Below, one piece after another: positions 1 through 10,560 of a stretch of DNA of 29,731 nucleotides. The number at the start of each line of letters is the position of its first letter. Within the stretch, counting starts at the first letter, position 1. The stretch is taken from the NCBI RefSeq assembly GCF_006345805.1, contig NW_021832707.1, positions 1 through 29,731 of the forward strand. Reading direction: 5' to 3'. Source of the stretch: Octopus sinensis. Lineage: Eukaryota. Position numbers and translations under genes: made by a program. Below the pieces are notes generated by a model. The model made no database searches. It saw nothing but the letters and a program-made list of their open reading frames with translations, and was not told where the DNA came from.

Positions 1-59
1 TGTGTGTATATGTGTATATACACTATAAGCATATGCATAAATATACATATGTATGCATA

Positions 60-67
60 TTCAATAG

Positions 68-108
<41 letters not shown>

Positions 109-810
109 ATAACTATATACACACACACACATAAAATCATGTATGTGCATATGTAACTGTATATATATATATAGAGATACATACATACATATGTGTGTAT
201 GTATGTATATATGCCACACACACACAAAAGACAATATATACACATAATCATGTATGTGCATATGTTGTATTATATTAATAGATATATACTTACATATGGT
301 GTGTATGTAGGTATATATTCAACCACACACACAAAAGAACATATATATACACTAAATCATGTATGTGCATATGTATGTATATATATATATATAGATATAT
401 ACATACATATGTGTGTATGTATGTATATATGCACACACACACACACAAAAGACATATATATACACATAAAATCATGTATGTGCATATGTATGTATATATA
501 TATATATAGATATATACATACATATGTGTGTATGTATGTATATATGCACACACACCCACACACAAAAGACTATATATACACATAAATCTGTATGTGCCTA
601 TGTATGTATAATATATATATAATATTTACATACCATATGTGTGTATGATGTATATAGGCACACCACACACACCAAAAGACATATAATACACATAAAATCA
701 TGTAGGTGCATAGGTATGTATATAATATATATGATATAATACATACATATGTGTGTATGTATGTATACTATGCAGCACACCCACACACAAAAGACATATA
801 TATACCTATG
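60..810. repeat. Degenerate minisatellite, ~110-118 bp unit, about 6 copies, built from TA/CA dinucleotides
   Basis: The anchor 'cata(a)aatcatgtatgtgcatatg' and its variants recur at ~130, 243, 352, 465, 581 and 691. 'cacacaaaagacatatat' recurs at the same spacing. Confidence 0.85.
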
Positions 811-887
811 TGCTCCGTTGTTTTATTTTCATTTTGCCCCATGGCCATGCCGTTGCTGAAATCAATAATATTGTTTTGATTTTGCTT

Positions 888-999
888 ACTACTACTACTA
901 CTACTACCCACAACTACAACTGTTGTTGCTGCTGCTACCACTACTACTACTATTACTACTACTACAACTACTCCCACCACCACCACCATCACCACCGCC

Positions 1000-1034
<35 letters not shown>

Positions 1035-1164
1035 CACTACCCCCACCCCCACCACTACTACTACTACCACCATCATCACCACCATCACCACCGCCACTAC
1101 TACTACTCTACTACTACTACTACTACCACCACCACCACCATCACCACTACGACTATCATGACCA

Positions 1165-1195
<31 letters not shown>

Positions 1196-1850
1196 CACTG
1201 CTGCTCCATAGGTTATTGCTTATGACAATGTTATGCTTTTGTTTTTGTTGTTTGTGTTGTTGTTGTTGTTGCAGCTGTCACATCTTTTATTGTTTATTTT
1301 CTTCTTGTTTTTATTGTTATTGTTGGTTTCCCTGTCATACAACTTTGTGTTGTTTCCATAGTAACTGCTGCCGTGCTGCTGCTGCTGCTGCCGCTATTCC
1401 TGCTGCTGCTGCTGTTGTTGTTGTTGTTGTTGCTGTTGTTGTTGTTGTTGCAGCTGTTACTTCTGCCATTGCTGTTTTTGTTGTTGTTGTTATATTACAT
1501 CATCATTAACGTTGTCCTCCTCATCATTCATCATCATCATCATCACCTTCATCATCATCATCATCATCATCTTCTTCTTCGTCATCATCAACATCATCAT
1601 CGTCAACATTATCAATATCGCCGTAATCGTCATCATCATCGTCGTCGTTGTCGTCGTCATCATCATCAAGATTATCATCATCATCATCATTCGCTTCATC
1701 GTCTCATCACCATCATCGTCATCATCATCATAGTCATCATCATCATCATCATCATCATCGTCACCGTCGTTGTCAGCATCATCATTGTTATCATCACCGC
1801 CACCACCATCTTCGTTACCATCATCGTCATCATCAAATTCACCATCATCG

Positions 1851-1891
<41 letters not shown>

Positions 1892-2002
1892 TTCATCATC
1901 ATCATAGTCACCGTCGTTGTCAGCATCATCATTGTTATCACCACCGCCACCATCGTCTTCGTTACCATCGTTACCATCATCGTCATCATCATTATCATTA
2001 TC
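888..2002. repeat. Compound trinucleotide microsatellite field (CTA, CAC, CTG, TTG, CAT)
   Basis: Successive triplet runs are directly visible. An ~85-bp block 'gtcaccgtcgttgtcagcatcatcattgttatca...' is duplicated at ~1760 and ~1907. Confidence 0.95.
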
Positions 2003-2435
2003 AGTATGATCCTCATCAACCAAGGAATACAGCTGCCACCGGGGTGGCTGATCCGTCTCTTAACCCTTCTACACCCATCATCCCGAAGACTTCTCAAAAG
2101 AGTTTCCAAGCACGACCATATTGGACTTTGGCCGAGGAATTAACTTGGATTAGATTATCTGATATTTCCTTTTCTTCTTTGAAGATCATAAATTCTGAAT
2201 TTGGGGCTTACTCACCTGCTATTTCTAGCACTTTGAAGAGCTAGAATAAGACGCATTAGAAGGCAAATTGTAGACGGTCGTCTGGTGTGTTAGAAACAGC
2301 AGTCAACTCTCCTGTTCTTATTTGTACATCAAGAACACAGTTGAAAATGGAACATATAAAGAGCGGATGGTCATAGTTGGAACGTCTCCTATCATAAGTC
2401 TGCTTCGTAACGATTGAATTGCAGATTCAAAATTC

Positions 2436-2468
2436 TACTACTGCTACTACTACTACTACTACTACTAC

Positions 2469-2536
<68 letters not shown>

Positions 2537-2610
2537 TAATAATAATAATAATAATAAAATAATAATAATAATAATATAATAATAATAATGATAATAATAA
2601 TAATAATAAT
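2436..2610. repeat. (CTA)n-(TAA)n microsatellite, 5' flank of the Dong-like element
   Basis: Directly visible. Confidence 0.95.
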
Positions 2611-4360
2611 CTCATTTACATGGATGATTTAAAGCTCTTTGCAAAACATGACCAACAACTCAAAGGTTTACTAGCGATTGTTAAACAATTCAGTGATGAC
2701 ATCAGAATGCAATTTGGCCACGATAAATGTGCAAAAGCTACCTTTATCAAAGGAAAAATGACAGAAACATCTAACGTTAACCTTGACCAGCAGAATGTCA
2801 TAAAAGAGTTAGACCCAACGGAGAGCTACAAGTACCTAGGAATAATTGAAGGGGATGGAATAAGGCATTCAGTGATGAAGAAAAGGATCAGGAAGGAATG
2901 TTATCGCAAAGTAAGAGCAATACTCAAGACAGAACTGAATGAGAAAAACAGGATCGAAGCGATCAATGCTTTAGCCATACCAGTCGTGACTTACAGTTTC
3001 AATATCATTAACTGGTCAATCACTGAAATATGTAATCTTGACAGAAAAATACGAAAATTGTTGACAGTGCATAGAATGCACCACCCTAAGGCATATATAG
3101 AACAACTTTGCCTGCCATGAAAAGAGGGAGGCCGTGGACTTTTACAACTCGCAATAACAATGAAGATTGCCACAATTGGCCTCGACACCTACCTGAAAAA
3201 CTCTGAGGACTGGATGTTAAAACTTGTCTCAAAACATGAAAACAAGAAAGCATCATACTCAGTAACAAAACAGGCAAAGGAATATCTAAGTGAATTCCGA
3301 ATACAATAAATTTCGGAGTCAGACATACAAGCAACAAGCGCAGAAAAAGCTAAGCGCATGAAAACCCGTGCTAAAACTGCTGCCTTAGATATTCTGATTG
3401 ATAAATGGCAAGAAAAACCTCTCAATGGCAAATACCCAGAGAGCGAATAATGCCGATGTTAACAAAGCCCTGACTCATCAATGGCTAATGACCTCGGGCT
3501 TAAAATCTGAAACAGAAGGGTTTATCATAGCAGCTCAAGATCAATGCTTACCTACAAGGAACTACCAGGCCAACATATTAAAGGCGGCAGTAGCCCAACA
3601 TGTCGTGTATGTCGACAACAAAATGAAATCATTGATCATGTTGTCTCCATATGCAGTCTTCTTGTGCCAACAAGTATCTCAACAAGCATGATAGAGCTGC
3701 ACAATATATTCACTGGGCAATTTTCAAAAACCTGGACTTGCCGCATGATAAAAACTGGTGGGAACACAAACCACCTCCAGTGCTTGAAAATGATCACATC
3801 TCACTCCTCTGGAACTTCACCATTCAAACTGACAGAAAGATATATGCGAATAGGCCAGGCATTATATTGAAAGACTTCGGACAAAAATCATGCCTCTTCA
3901 TTGGTATGATTGGCCCAATCAATATAAACGTATCTGTCAAGACCTACCAAAAACTGAGCAAATATAAAGATCTTGAAATAGAAATTGGCAAAATGTGGAA
4001 CCACAAGACTAAAACAATACCTGTTGTCATAGGTGCCCTAGGAATGATAGCAAAAGGGGTTGATTGCTACCTAGATCACATACCAGGAAACCCTAAAATG
4101 GCAGAAATTCAAAAGATAGTGCTCATGGGAACTGCTCATATCCTACGCAAAATACTGACTATGTAATTTCAAATTTTAAAACAAACTCATAATTTTCTTA
4201 TGTTTTCTTAAACATTCTCTAGAACAACACTATGTACAAAACCAAATATATGGCACCCAAGGCATAACACCAACATGAACTTCTAACTTGTTGTCTCTTG
4301 AGGTCTCTGGGTGAGACTTGGAGCCAACTTGTACAAATGTAAAGCAAAAGTCATACATAA
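2611..4360 (+). mobile_element. 5'-truncated, inactivated R4/Dong-clade non-LTR retrotransposon (RT C-terminal half, CCHC finger, restriction-like endonuclease, 3' UTR)
   Basis: Starts at LIYMDDLKLFA (RT YxDD motif). It continues through FGHDKCAK, YKYLGI, P*KEGGRGL, ETEGFIIAAQDQ, CRVCRQQNEIIDHVVSIC (CCHC), KHD, RP[G]IIL..FI[G]M, KLSKYKDL and PVVIGALG. In-frame stops are at 3118-3120 and 3307-3309, with frameshifts near 3440, 3583 and 3670. The natural stop is at 4164-4166, and the 3' UTR runs into (TAA)n. Confidence 0.93.
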
Positions 4361-4466
4361 AATAATAATAATAATAATAATAATAACAACAACAACAACA
4401 ATAATAATGATGATCATGATCATGATCATGATGACTTTAATAATATTAATAATAATGATGATGATA

Positions 4467-4504
<38 letters not shown>

Positions 4505-4772
4505 ATGATAATAATAATAATAATAATAATAATATAACTACTACTACTGCAATTACTACTACTACTACCACCACTACTACTGCTGCACTAATGTTACTAT
4601 TACTACTCCCACTGCCACCATGACTACTACTACTACCACCACCGCCACCACCTCCGCCACCATCATCATGTTTTTATTGCTGTTTCTTTGGTTGTAGTTG
4701 TTGTTCTTGTTACTGTTGTTGTTATGGTAGTCGCAGCTGTTACGGATGCTGCTGCTGCTGCTACTGCTGATG
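4361..4772. repeat. Compound trinucleotide microsatellite (TAA, CAA, GAT, CTA, CAC, TTG, CTG)
   Basis: Directly visible; begins with (TAA)n at the 3' end of the Dong-like element. Confidence 0.92.
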
Positions 4773-5045
4773 TTGCCAAGGCAACATATAAAAGTCGAGC
4801 AGTGTACGATTCTACCCAACCTACTTCCACTATGCACCCCTTTTTCTCACCACCGACATCTCAGTCCATTCACCGCCGCCTCTGTGTTTGCTTGACTGTC
4901 TGTCTGGTTGTCTGTCTGTCCAAGCTTAACTGGATCAGAAGACAACGCCGTCAAGCGATCGATTTACAAAGTACCATGTACAACACCATTGGCCAGCGAA
5001 GACAATTCACCGGCTGAGGCACAGATATAGAAAGATAGATAGATA

Positions 5046-5393
5046 ACTTTTTATTGTGGCCACACAGGGCTAAACACAGAATAAAAATGGACGAAATACA
5101 ATGTAGAGGTTTTACTTTTCGAGGTGGGATGGGTGGGACACAAAGAAAAAAACGTTCGATCAATAGGGATCTGTGGTTTGTGTGGTGTATAAAAAATATA
5201 ATATATATATATATAAATAAAGTTCACAGTTTAGGTGTAGCCCTGGAAAGAAAAACCTACAAAAAAGACCAAGGTCACCTCAGACAGTTCGAAAATGAAC
5301 ACATGAGTAAGTCACCTTACCTCTCGTTGTCTCTTTTGGTTACAGATTTACGCTTAAAATAGTGTCGTCTTTCATACTGACCATTTTTGCCAC
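5046..5393 (-). mobile_element. 3' fragment of an L1/Tx1-type LINE (last ORF2 codons plus 3' UTR), copy 1
   Basis: Aligns by eye to 20585-21043: 'ttattgtggccacacagggct', 'ttcgatcaatagggatc', 'tggaaagaaaaacctacaaaaaagaccaaggtcacctc'. The minus-strand translation VAKMVSMKDDTILSVNL* parallels VARMARMNYEAT.. of copy 3. (GATA)n lies on both sides. Confidence 0.75.
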
Positions 5394-5412
5394 ATAGATA
5401 GATAGATAGATA

Positions 5413-5720
<308 letters not shown>

Positions 5721-6218
5721 AATTCATCTTTCACTATGTTCCACGATAATCCGTATTTCAACCCGATGGCCTTTCGTAATGTTTCAATGAAGACTTGTTC
5801 TGTGACGACGAAACTACAATAGCTCTGTAACGGGACTTTAAGGCCACAAGTAGGATATTTCTAGTCAACTTTTGGGGGTTTACAAATCTAACCGAACTAG
5901 ACAAATAAAAATATCTCAGAGACGAATTTATCTTAGAATTACAAAACTGACCGATGTACTCTCATGGAAAAACAGTATTCCTGACATTAATTGGTGAAAC
6001 TGTATTCGTAATAAGCAACTATTTTATATTTACTTAGTTTGGTATTACAGAACTGTATCCTTGGATTACAAAATATTTGCTTCGGGGAGCATTAGCTTTC
6101 GCCAAGAATTATATTCAATCATTATTCTGATAGCATTATAATCATGCATGCAATTTCATTGATTTCTTTCGATAGTGATTTGAGAATAAATAAGAATTAC
6201 GTTAATTTTTCCGGTGTA

Positions 6219-6643
6219 GGCGCAGGAGTGGCTGTGTGGTAAGTAGCTTGCTAACCAACCACATGGTTCCGGGTTCAGTCCCACTGCGTGGCACCTTGGG
6301 CAAGTGTCTTCTGCTATAGCCCCGGGCCGATCAATGCCTTGTGAGTGGATTTGGTAGACGGAAACTGAAAGAAGCCCCTTCATATATATGTGTATATATA
6401 TGTATGAATGTGTGTTTATGTTTGTGTGTCTGTGTTTGTCCCCCTAGCATTGCTTGACAACCGATGCTGGTGTGTTTACGTCCCCGTCACTTAGCGGTTC
6501 GGTAAAAGAGAACCGATAGAATAAGTACTGGGCTTACAAAGAATAAGTCCCGGAGTCGATTTGCTCGACTAAAGGCGGTGCTCCAGCATGGCCGCAGTCA
6601 AATGACTGAAACAAGTAAAAAAAGAGTAAAAAAAAAAAAAGAG
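6219..6643 (+). mobile_element. tRNA-headed SINE, family A, full length
   Basis: A-box TGGCTGTGTGG and B-box GGTTCAGTCCC, followed by CORE-like 'accttgggcaagtgtctt' and an internal TA/TG microsatellite. The tail is GGCGGTGCTCCAGCATGGCCGCAGTCAAATGACTGAAAC plus an A-rich end. Five or more copies occur in the window. Confidence 0.93.
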
Positions 6644-6914
6644 TTATGGGTAGCTAAGATGCAGTAAAAATCTATAAGCTTATTTGTCACGTATTAAGTT
6701 TGATAATTAACAGTAAGGGTGATATCGAAAGGATGGACTCATTACCGCATGTCATTTTTATGACCAGCAATTACTTAGCACCAACAATATTTCTTTGAAT
6801 TATTTAAAGTCTTACACCTAAAGATTGAGATTGACACAAGTTTACATAGCAGTGGATTTGTTTATATTACCTTAATGAAGAAACAAATATTTACTGTCTA
6901 GCAAACTGAATAAA

Positions 6915-7080
6915 TGAGTTATTTACATTATTTACATTTGACGGATATCTGTATTCATCTTGTTTGTTGTTAACACAACGTTTCGGCTGATATACCCACC
7001 AGCCTTCATCGGGTGTCTTGGGGAAATTTCGAACCTGAGTTCTCATTCCTAAGGTATTTTTCGATGTTTTGTTGTTGTTG

Positions 7081-7116
<36 letters not shown>

Positions 7117-7193
7117 TCACTGCCTGGTATCGAACTCGGAATTTTGGAGTTAGTAGCCCGCGCTCTTAACCTCTATGCCATATGCCCGTGGGC
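6915..7193 (-). mobile_element. tRNA-Ile-like SINE, family H (hammerhead-bearing), copy 1
   Basis: Minus-strand head 'tggcatagaggttaagagcgcgggctactaactccaaaattccgagttcgataccagg', then an internal (TAA)n(CAA)n tract. The tail contains the hammerhead-like motif and ends in a 'tgtaaataa' repeat. Confidence 0.85.
6972..7018 (-). ncRNA. Minimal type I hammerhead ribozyme motif with a mutated core (CCGAUGA)
   Basis: Minus strand reads gacac CCGATGA a ggctg-gtgggtatat-cagcc GAAA cg TT gtgtt. Confidence 0.55.
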
Positions 7194-7212
7194 TAAAGTT
7201 AAAATAATAGAC

Positions 7213-7263
7213 AGAGCTACTAACCCCAAAGGTTCGGGTTCAATCCCAGGCAGTGATTGAATT

Positions 7264-7346
<83 letters not shown>

Positions 7347-7497
7347 CAACAACAACAACAACAACAACATCGACAAATATCTTAGGAATGAGAGCCCATG
7401 TTCGAAATTTCCAAAAGATACCTGATGAAGGCTGGAAGGTATATCAGCCGAAACGTTGTGTTAACAACAAACAAGATGAAGACAAATATCCATCAAA
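7213..7497 (+). mobile_element. SINE family H copy 2 (head partly truncated), inverted relative to copy 1
   Basis: Reverse complement of 6938-7158 with a longer internal (TAA)n. B-box GGTTCAATCCC is retained. Confidence 0.85.
7417..7462 (+). ncRNA. Minimal type I hammerhead ribozyme motif with an intact core
   Basis: gatac CTGATGA(7422-7428) a ggctg(7430-7434) loop cagcc(7445-7449) GAAA(7450-7453) cg TT gtgtt. Stem I is gatac/gtgtt, stem II is perfect, and palindromic AACGTT replaces stem III. Confidence 0.68.
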
Positions 7498-7716
7498 AAT
7501 AGAACTCTTAAATATAGAACTGAATAAATGGGATTTGAAACAATATTTATATACTGATATTGTTTATTAGAAAGAAGCGTTGAAACGCAGACGTTCTAAG
7601 GATAAATCTAATTATAGAAATAAAAGTATGTGAATTTATAGAAACGTAAAAATAGAAAATGTAAAAATTTTTGGTTTTAATACCCTTTTTACTCTCAATG
7701 TGAGAACATGTACTGC

Positions 7717-7775
7717 AGGACCGGATTAGGACCCAGAGAGGCCCTAAGCACTTACAAGATGTTGGTGCTCTTATA
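7717..7775 (+). mobile_element. Possible terminus of a hAT-type DNA transposon or MITE
   Basis: 'CAGGACCGGATTAGGACCCAGAGAGGCCCTAAGCAC' resembles CAGGGCCGG...GGCCC termini of hAT elements. The matching other end was not found. Confidence 0.35.
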
Positions 7776-7792
7776 TATGTGTAATTCAAAAT

Positions 7793-8181
7793 ATCGTCGT
7801 GGCACTTCGTCGGTTACGACGATGAGGGCTCCAGTTGATCGGATCAACGGAACAGCCTGCTCGTGAAATTAACGTGCCAGTGACTGAGCACTCCACAGAC
7901 ACATGTACCCTTAACGTAGTTCTCGGGGAGATTCAGCGTGACACAGAGTGTGACAAGGCTGGCCCCTTTGAATTACTGGTACAACAGAAACAGGAAGAAA
8001 GAGCGAGAGAAAGTTGTGGTGAAAGAGTACATCAAGGTTCGCCACCACACCCTGCTGGAGCCTCGTGGAGCTTTTAGGTGTTTTCGGTCAATAAACAGTC
8101 ACAACGCCCGGTCTGGGAATCGAAACCGCGATCTGACGACCGTGAGTCCGCTGCCCTAACCACTGCTATTGCGTTTCCACT
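7793..8181 (-). mobile_element. tRNA-headed SINE, family B, full length with target-site duplication
   Basis: Minus-strand head 'gtggaaacgcaatagcagtggttagggcagcggactc...ggtttcgattccc'. A 9-bp direct repeat ATTCAAAAT lies at 7784-7792 and 8182-8190. The tail is shared with 28408-28541. Confidence 0.9.
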
Positions 8182-8835
8182 ATTCAAAATGTAAACAATT
8201 ATAAACCATGAAATAAAACGAAAAGCAAGATGGCAAATAATGTTTATTTTTATATATTTTTCTTTATTTATATTTGGAAAGTTTTCTCCTACTTTTTTTT
8301 TTAAATTTCAAAGTCTTTGATAAAATCCTCACTATGATACCATGAACACTTCGAAACCATATTTCCGATCATATAAACCACTTCGAATATTATTTTAATA
8401 AGTTTAAAGTGATTTCTTTTGTGCCGTAAACCATCTACCATTTCTATGGTGTCCGTCACTTCCCTTGATGTCCTAAGAACGGGCTTATTTGACTTAATGG
8501 TTATTCCAGCGCAGATGTATTGCTAAACGTTTCTTTAACTCATTAGCTAAATATCTTTTGAAGTGTCATAAATAGTATAGAATTTTCAATAGAAACAACA
8601 TCAATTTAAGTTTCAGCTGTATTTAATTTTTCTTTGGAATTAGAAAATACTCATGGCTATCTACATTGAATTCTTCTCGTTCGTTTTAGCCTCGAAAATT
8701 TTGCATTAGAAAAACATTTATTTCCAGAGTATCATTGTTCCATCTTCAGGTTGAAGTGATGTTGTCGCATGTTGCTGCTTTCTTATTTGTAGAATTGGTA
8801 GAAACGAATGCGATAAGCGTAGAACTGCATATTTT

Positions 8836-8992
8836 AGAATGAGGGGAAGATGGTGAAAGAAGGAAAAGAACAACAGAAGAAAAGGAAAAGACAATGAAGG
8901 TTAAAAAAAGGTAAAAGGTATAAGAGGAAGAAAAAGAAGAAGCAAAGGAGGAGAGAAGGAAGGGTGGTGAAAAGAAGAAGAAGAAGAAGAAG

Positions 8993-9023
<31 letters not shown>

Positions 9024-9150
9024 GCCTTCTGTGAAATAGAGAGGGGGAGAAGGAGAGTCAATCGTGTGCAACAAAACATGAGCGAGAGAGAGAGACAGGG
9101 AGAGTGTGATAGATGTTTAGTGTTGGATAAGAGAGTGTATAAGAGAGACA
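8836..9150. repeat. Purine-rich low-complexity tract including (GAA)n at ~8972-9020
   Basis: Directly visible. Confidence 0.9.
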
Positions 9151-9607
9151 AGACTCAAACCAGACATTTCGAAAACGTAAACGCCACCACCGGCACCACC
9201 ACCGGCACCACCACCAGTAGCACCACCACCCAACGCCACCACAACCATCACCGTCACCTTCATTGACAGGGTGTTGATAAGGGGAGGACTCTCGTATGGT
9301 TTCTATTTGCCAATCTGAATCTAAATCTATTTACCGCAATTCCTTCCGGTCCCACAACATGGCGCCTTGTAGCCATTGCTGGCGGGTTAGAAAGATTGAA
9401 ACCTTATAGCTAGTTATCAAGGATTGTTTGTCATGTGTCACACATCCTTCTAAATTGGTTTTATTAAATACTTAGTTCAAATTATGTCTGAATTAGTCAT
9501 GGAGTTTATTTAACAATCAAAATGTACGACACGCATACAAACACACAAACACACGCAAGTCATTCGCTTTCCTTTCATCGCCGCTCTTCAACGTCCGTTT
9601 TCAAGTT

Positions 9608-9620
9608 TTCTCTCTCCCTG

Positions 9621-9668
<48 letters not shown>

Positions 9669-9999
9669 ACTATCTCTATCTTTCTCTATTTCTTATTCTC
9701 TCAATCTATTTATCTGTCTATCTATCTATCTATCTATCTATCTACCTATCTATCTACCTATCTATCTATATATCTGTCTGTCTATTTATCTGCCTATCTA
9801 TCTATCTAGCTATCTACCTATCTGTCTATATATCTATTTGTCTATTATTCTATCTCTGTCTATCTATTTATCTATCTACCTGTCTATCTGCCTATCTATC
9901 TATCTATTTATCTATGCCTGTCTATCTATCTATCTATCTATCTATTTATCTATCTCTATCTGTCTATCTATTTATCTATCTATCTGTCTTTATCTATCC

Positions 10000-10068
<69 letters not shown>
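9608..10068. repeat. (CT)n followed by a degenerate (TATC)n array
   Basis: Directly visible. Confidence 0.95.
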
Positions 10069-10287
10069 CTTCTCTGTGTTTGTGTATAAAAAGGTGTCGA
10101 CGTCATCACCTTTCTTGTCAGCATCGATGTCAATGTGAAGCTGTGAAGATGTGAAGAATTGTCTCGTTAAATGATCTCTGAGTAGTTGATGCTTAATGGA
10201 AATCCTACGAATGTTATCACCAAGCACACGCATGCGCAGTCACAGACTATAACTATGAATGTGAACAGGCTAAGATTACATAAAAAC

Positions 10288-10454
10288 ATATACATATATG
10301 TATGTAGCTCTCTGTGTGTGTCTATGTGTTTGTGTGTTTGCATGTATGTATATATATATAGACACACACACACAATATATGTATACATATACATGTATAG
10401 ATAGACTGAGAGATAGAGAGACAGAATGACAGACAGACAAATACATAGATGGAC

Positions 10455-10507
<53 letters not shown>

Positions 10508-10560
10508 CATTCATACATACATACATACATACATACATACATACATACATACATACATAC
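10288..10560. repeat. Compound TA/TG/CA, (GATA)n and (CATA)n microsatellites
   Basis: Directly visible. Confidence 0.92.

Noticed and set aside
60-810. CRISPR-like repeat-spacer array
   Set aside because: Whole units repeat without unique spacers, the context is eukaryotic, and there are no cas genes.
2005-2145. Possible degraded LINE 3' end next to the (CAT)n tract
   Set aside because: No recognisable motif and no second copy in the window.
753-2244. Long ORFs encoding poly-His, poly-Asp, poly-Leu or poly-Ile (up to 256 aa)
   Set aside because: They are open in several frames on both strands only because triplet repeats lack stops; there is no domain content.
2620-4166. ORFs 2620-3120, 3398-3691, 3544-3870 and 3651-4166 as separate genes
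   Set aside because: They are consecutive pieces of one broken retrotransposon ORF.
6156-6383. Recurrent peptide 'SVSVYQIHSQG...EDTCPRCHAVGLNPEPCGW' in four ORFs, suggesting a gene family
   Set aside because: It is the antisense translation of the family A SINE head.
7125-7190. Functional tRNA genes at the SINE heads (also 8110-8180 and 28261-28330)
   Set aside because: A/B boxes are present but there is no complete acceptor stem, and each head is fused to a SINE body and tail.
7454-7470. Conventional long stem III for the hammerhead via the gttg...caac hairpin
   Set aside because: It is not followed by a UH cleavage site and stem I strand; only the minimal dimer-type fold fits.
8715-8755. 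Minus-strand CTGAAGA...GAAA as another hammerhead
   Set aside because: No convincing stem II or stem I pairing.
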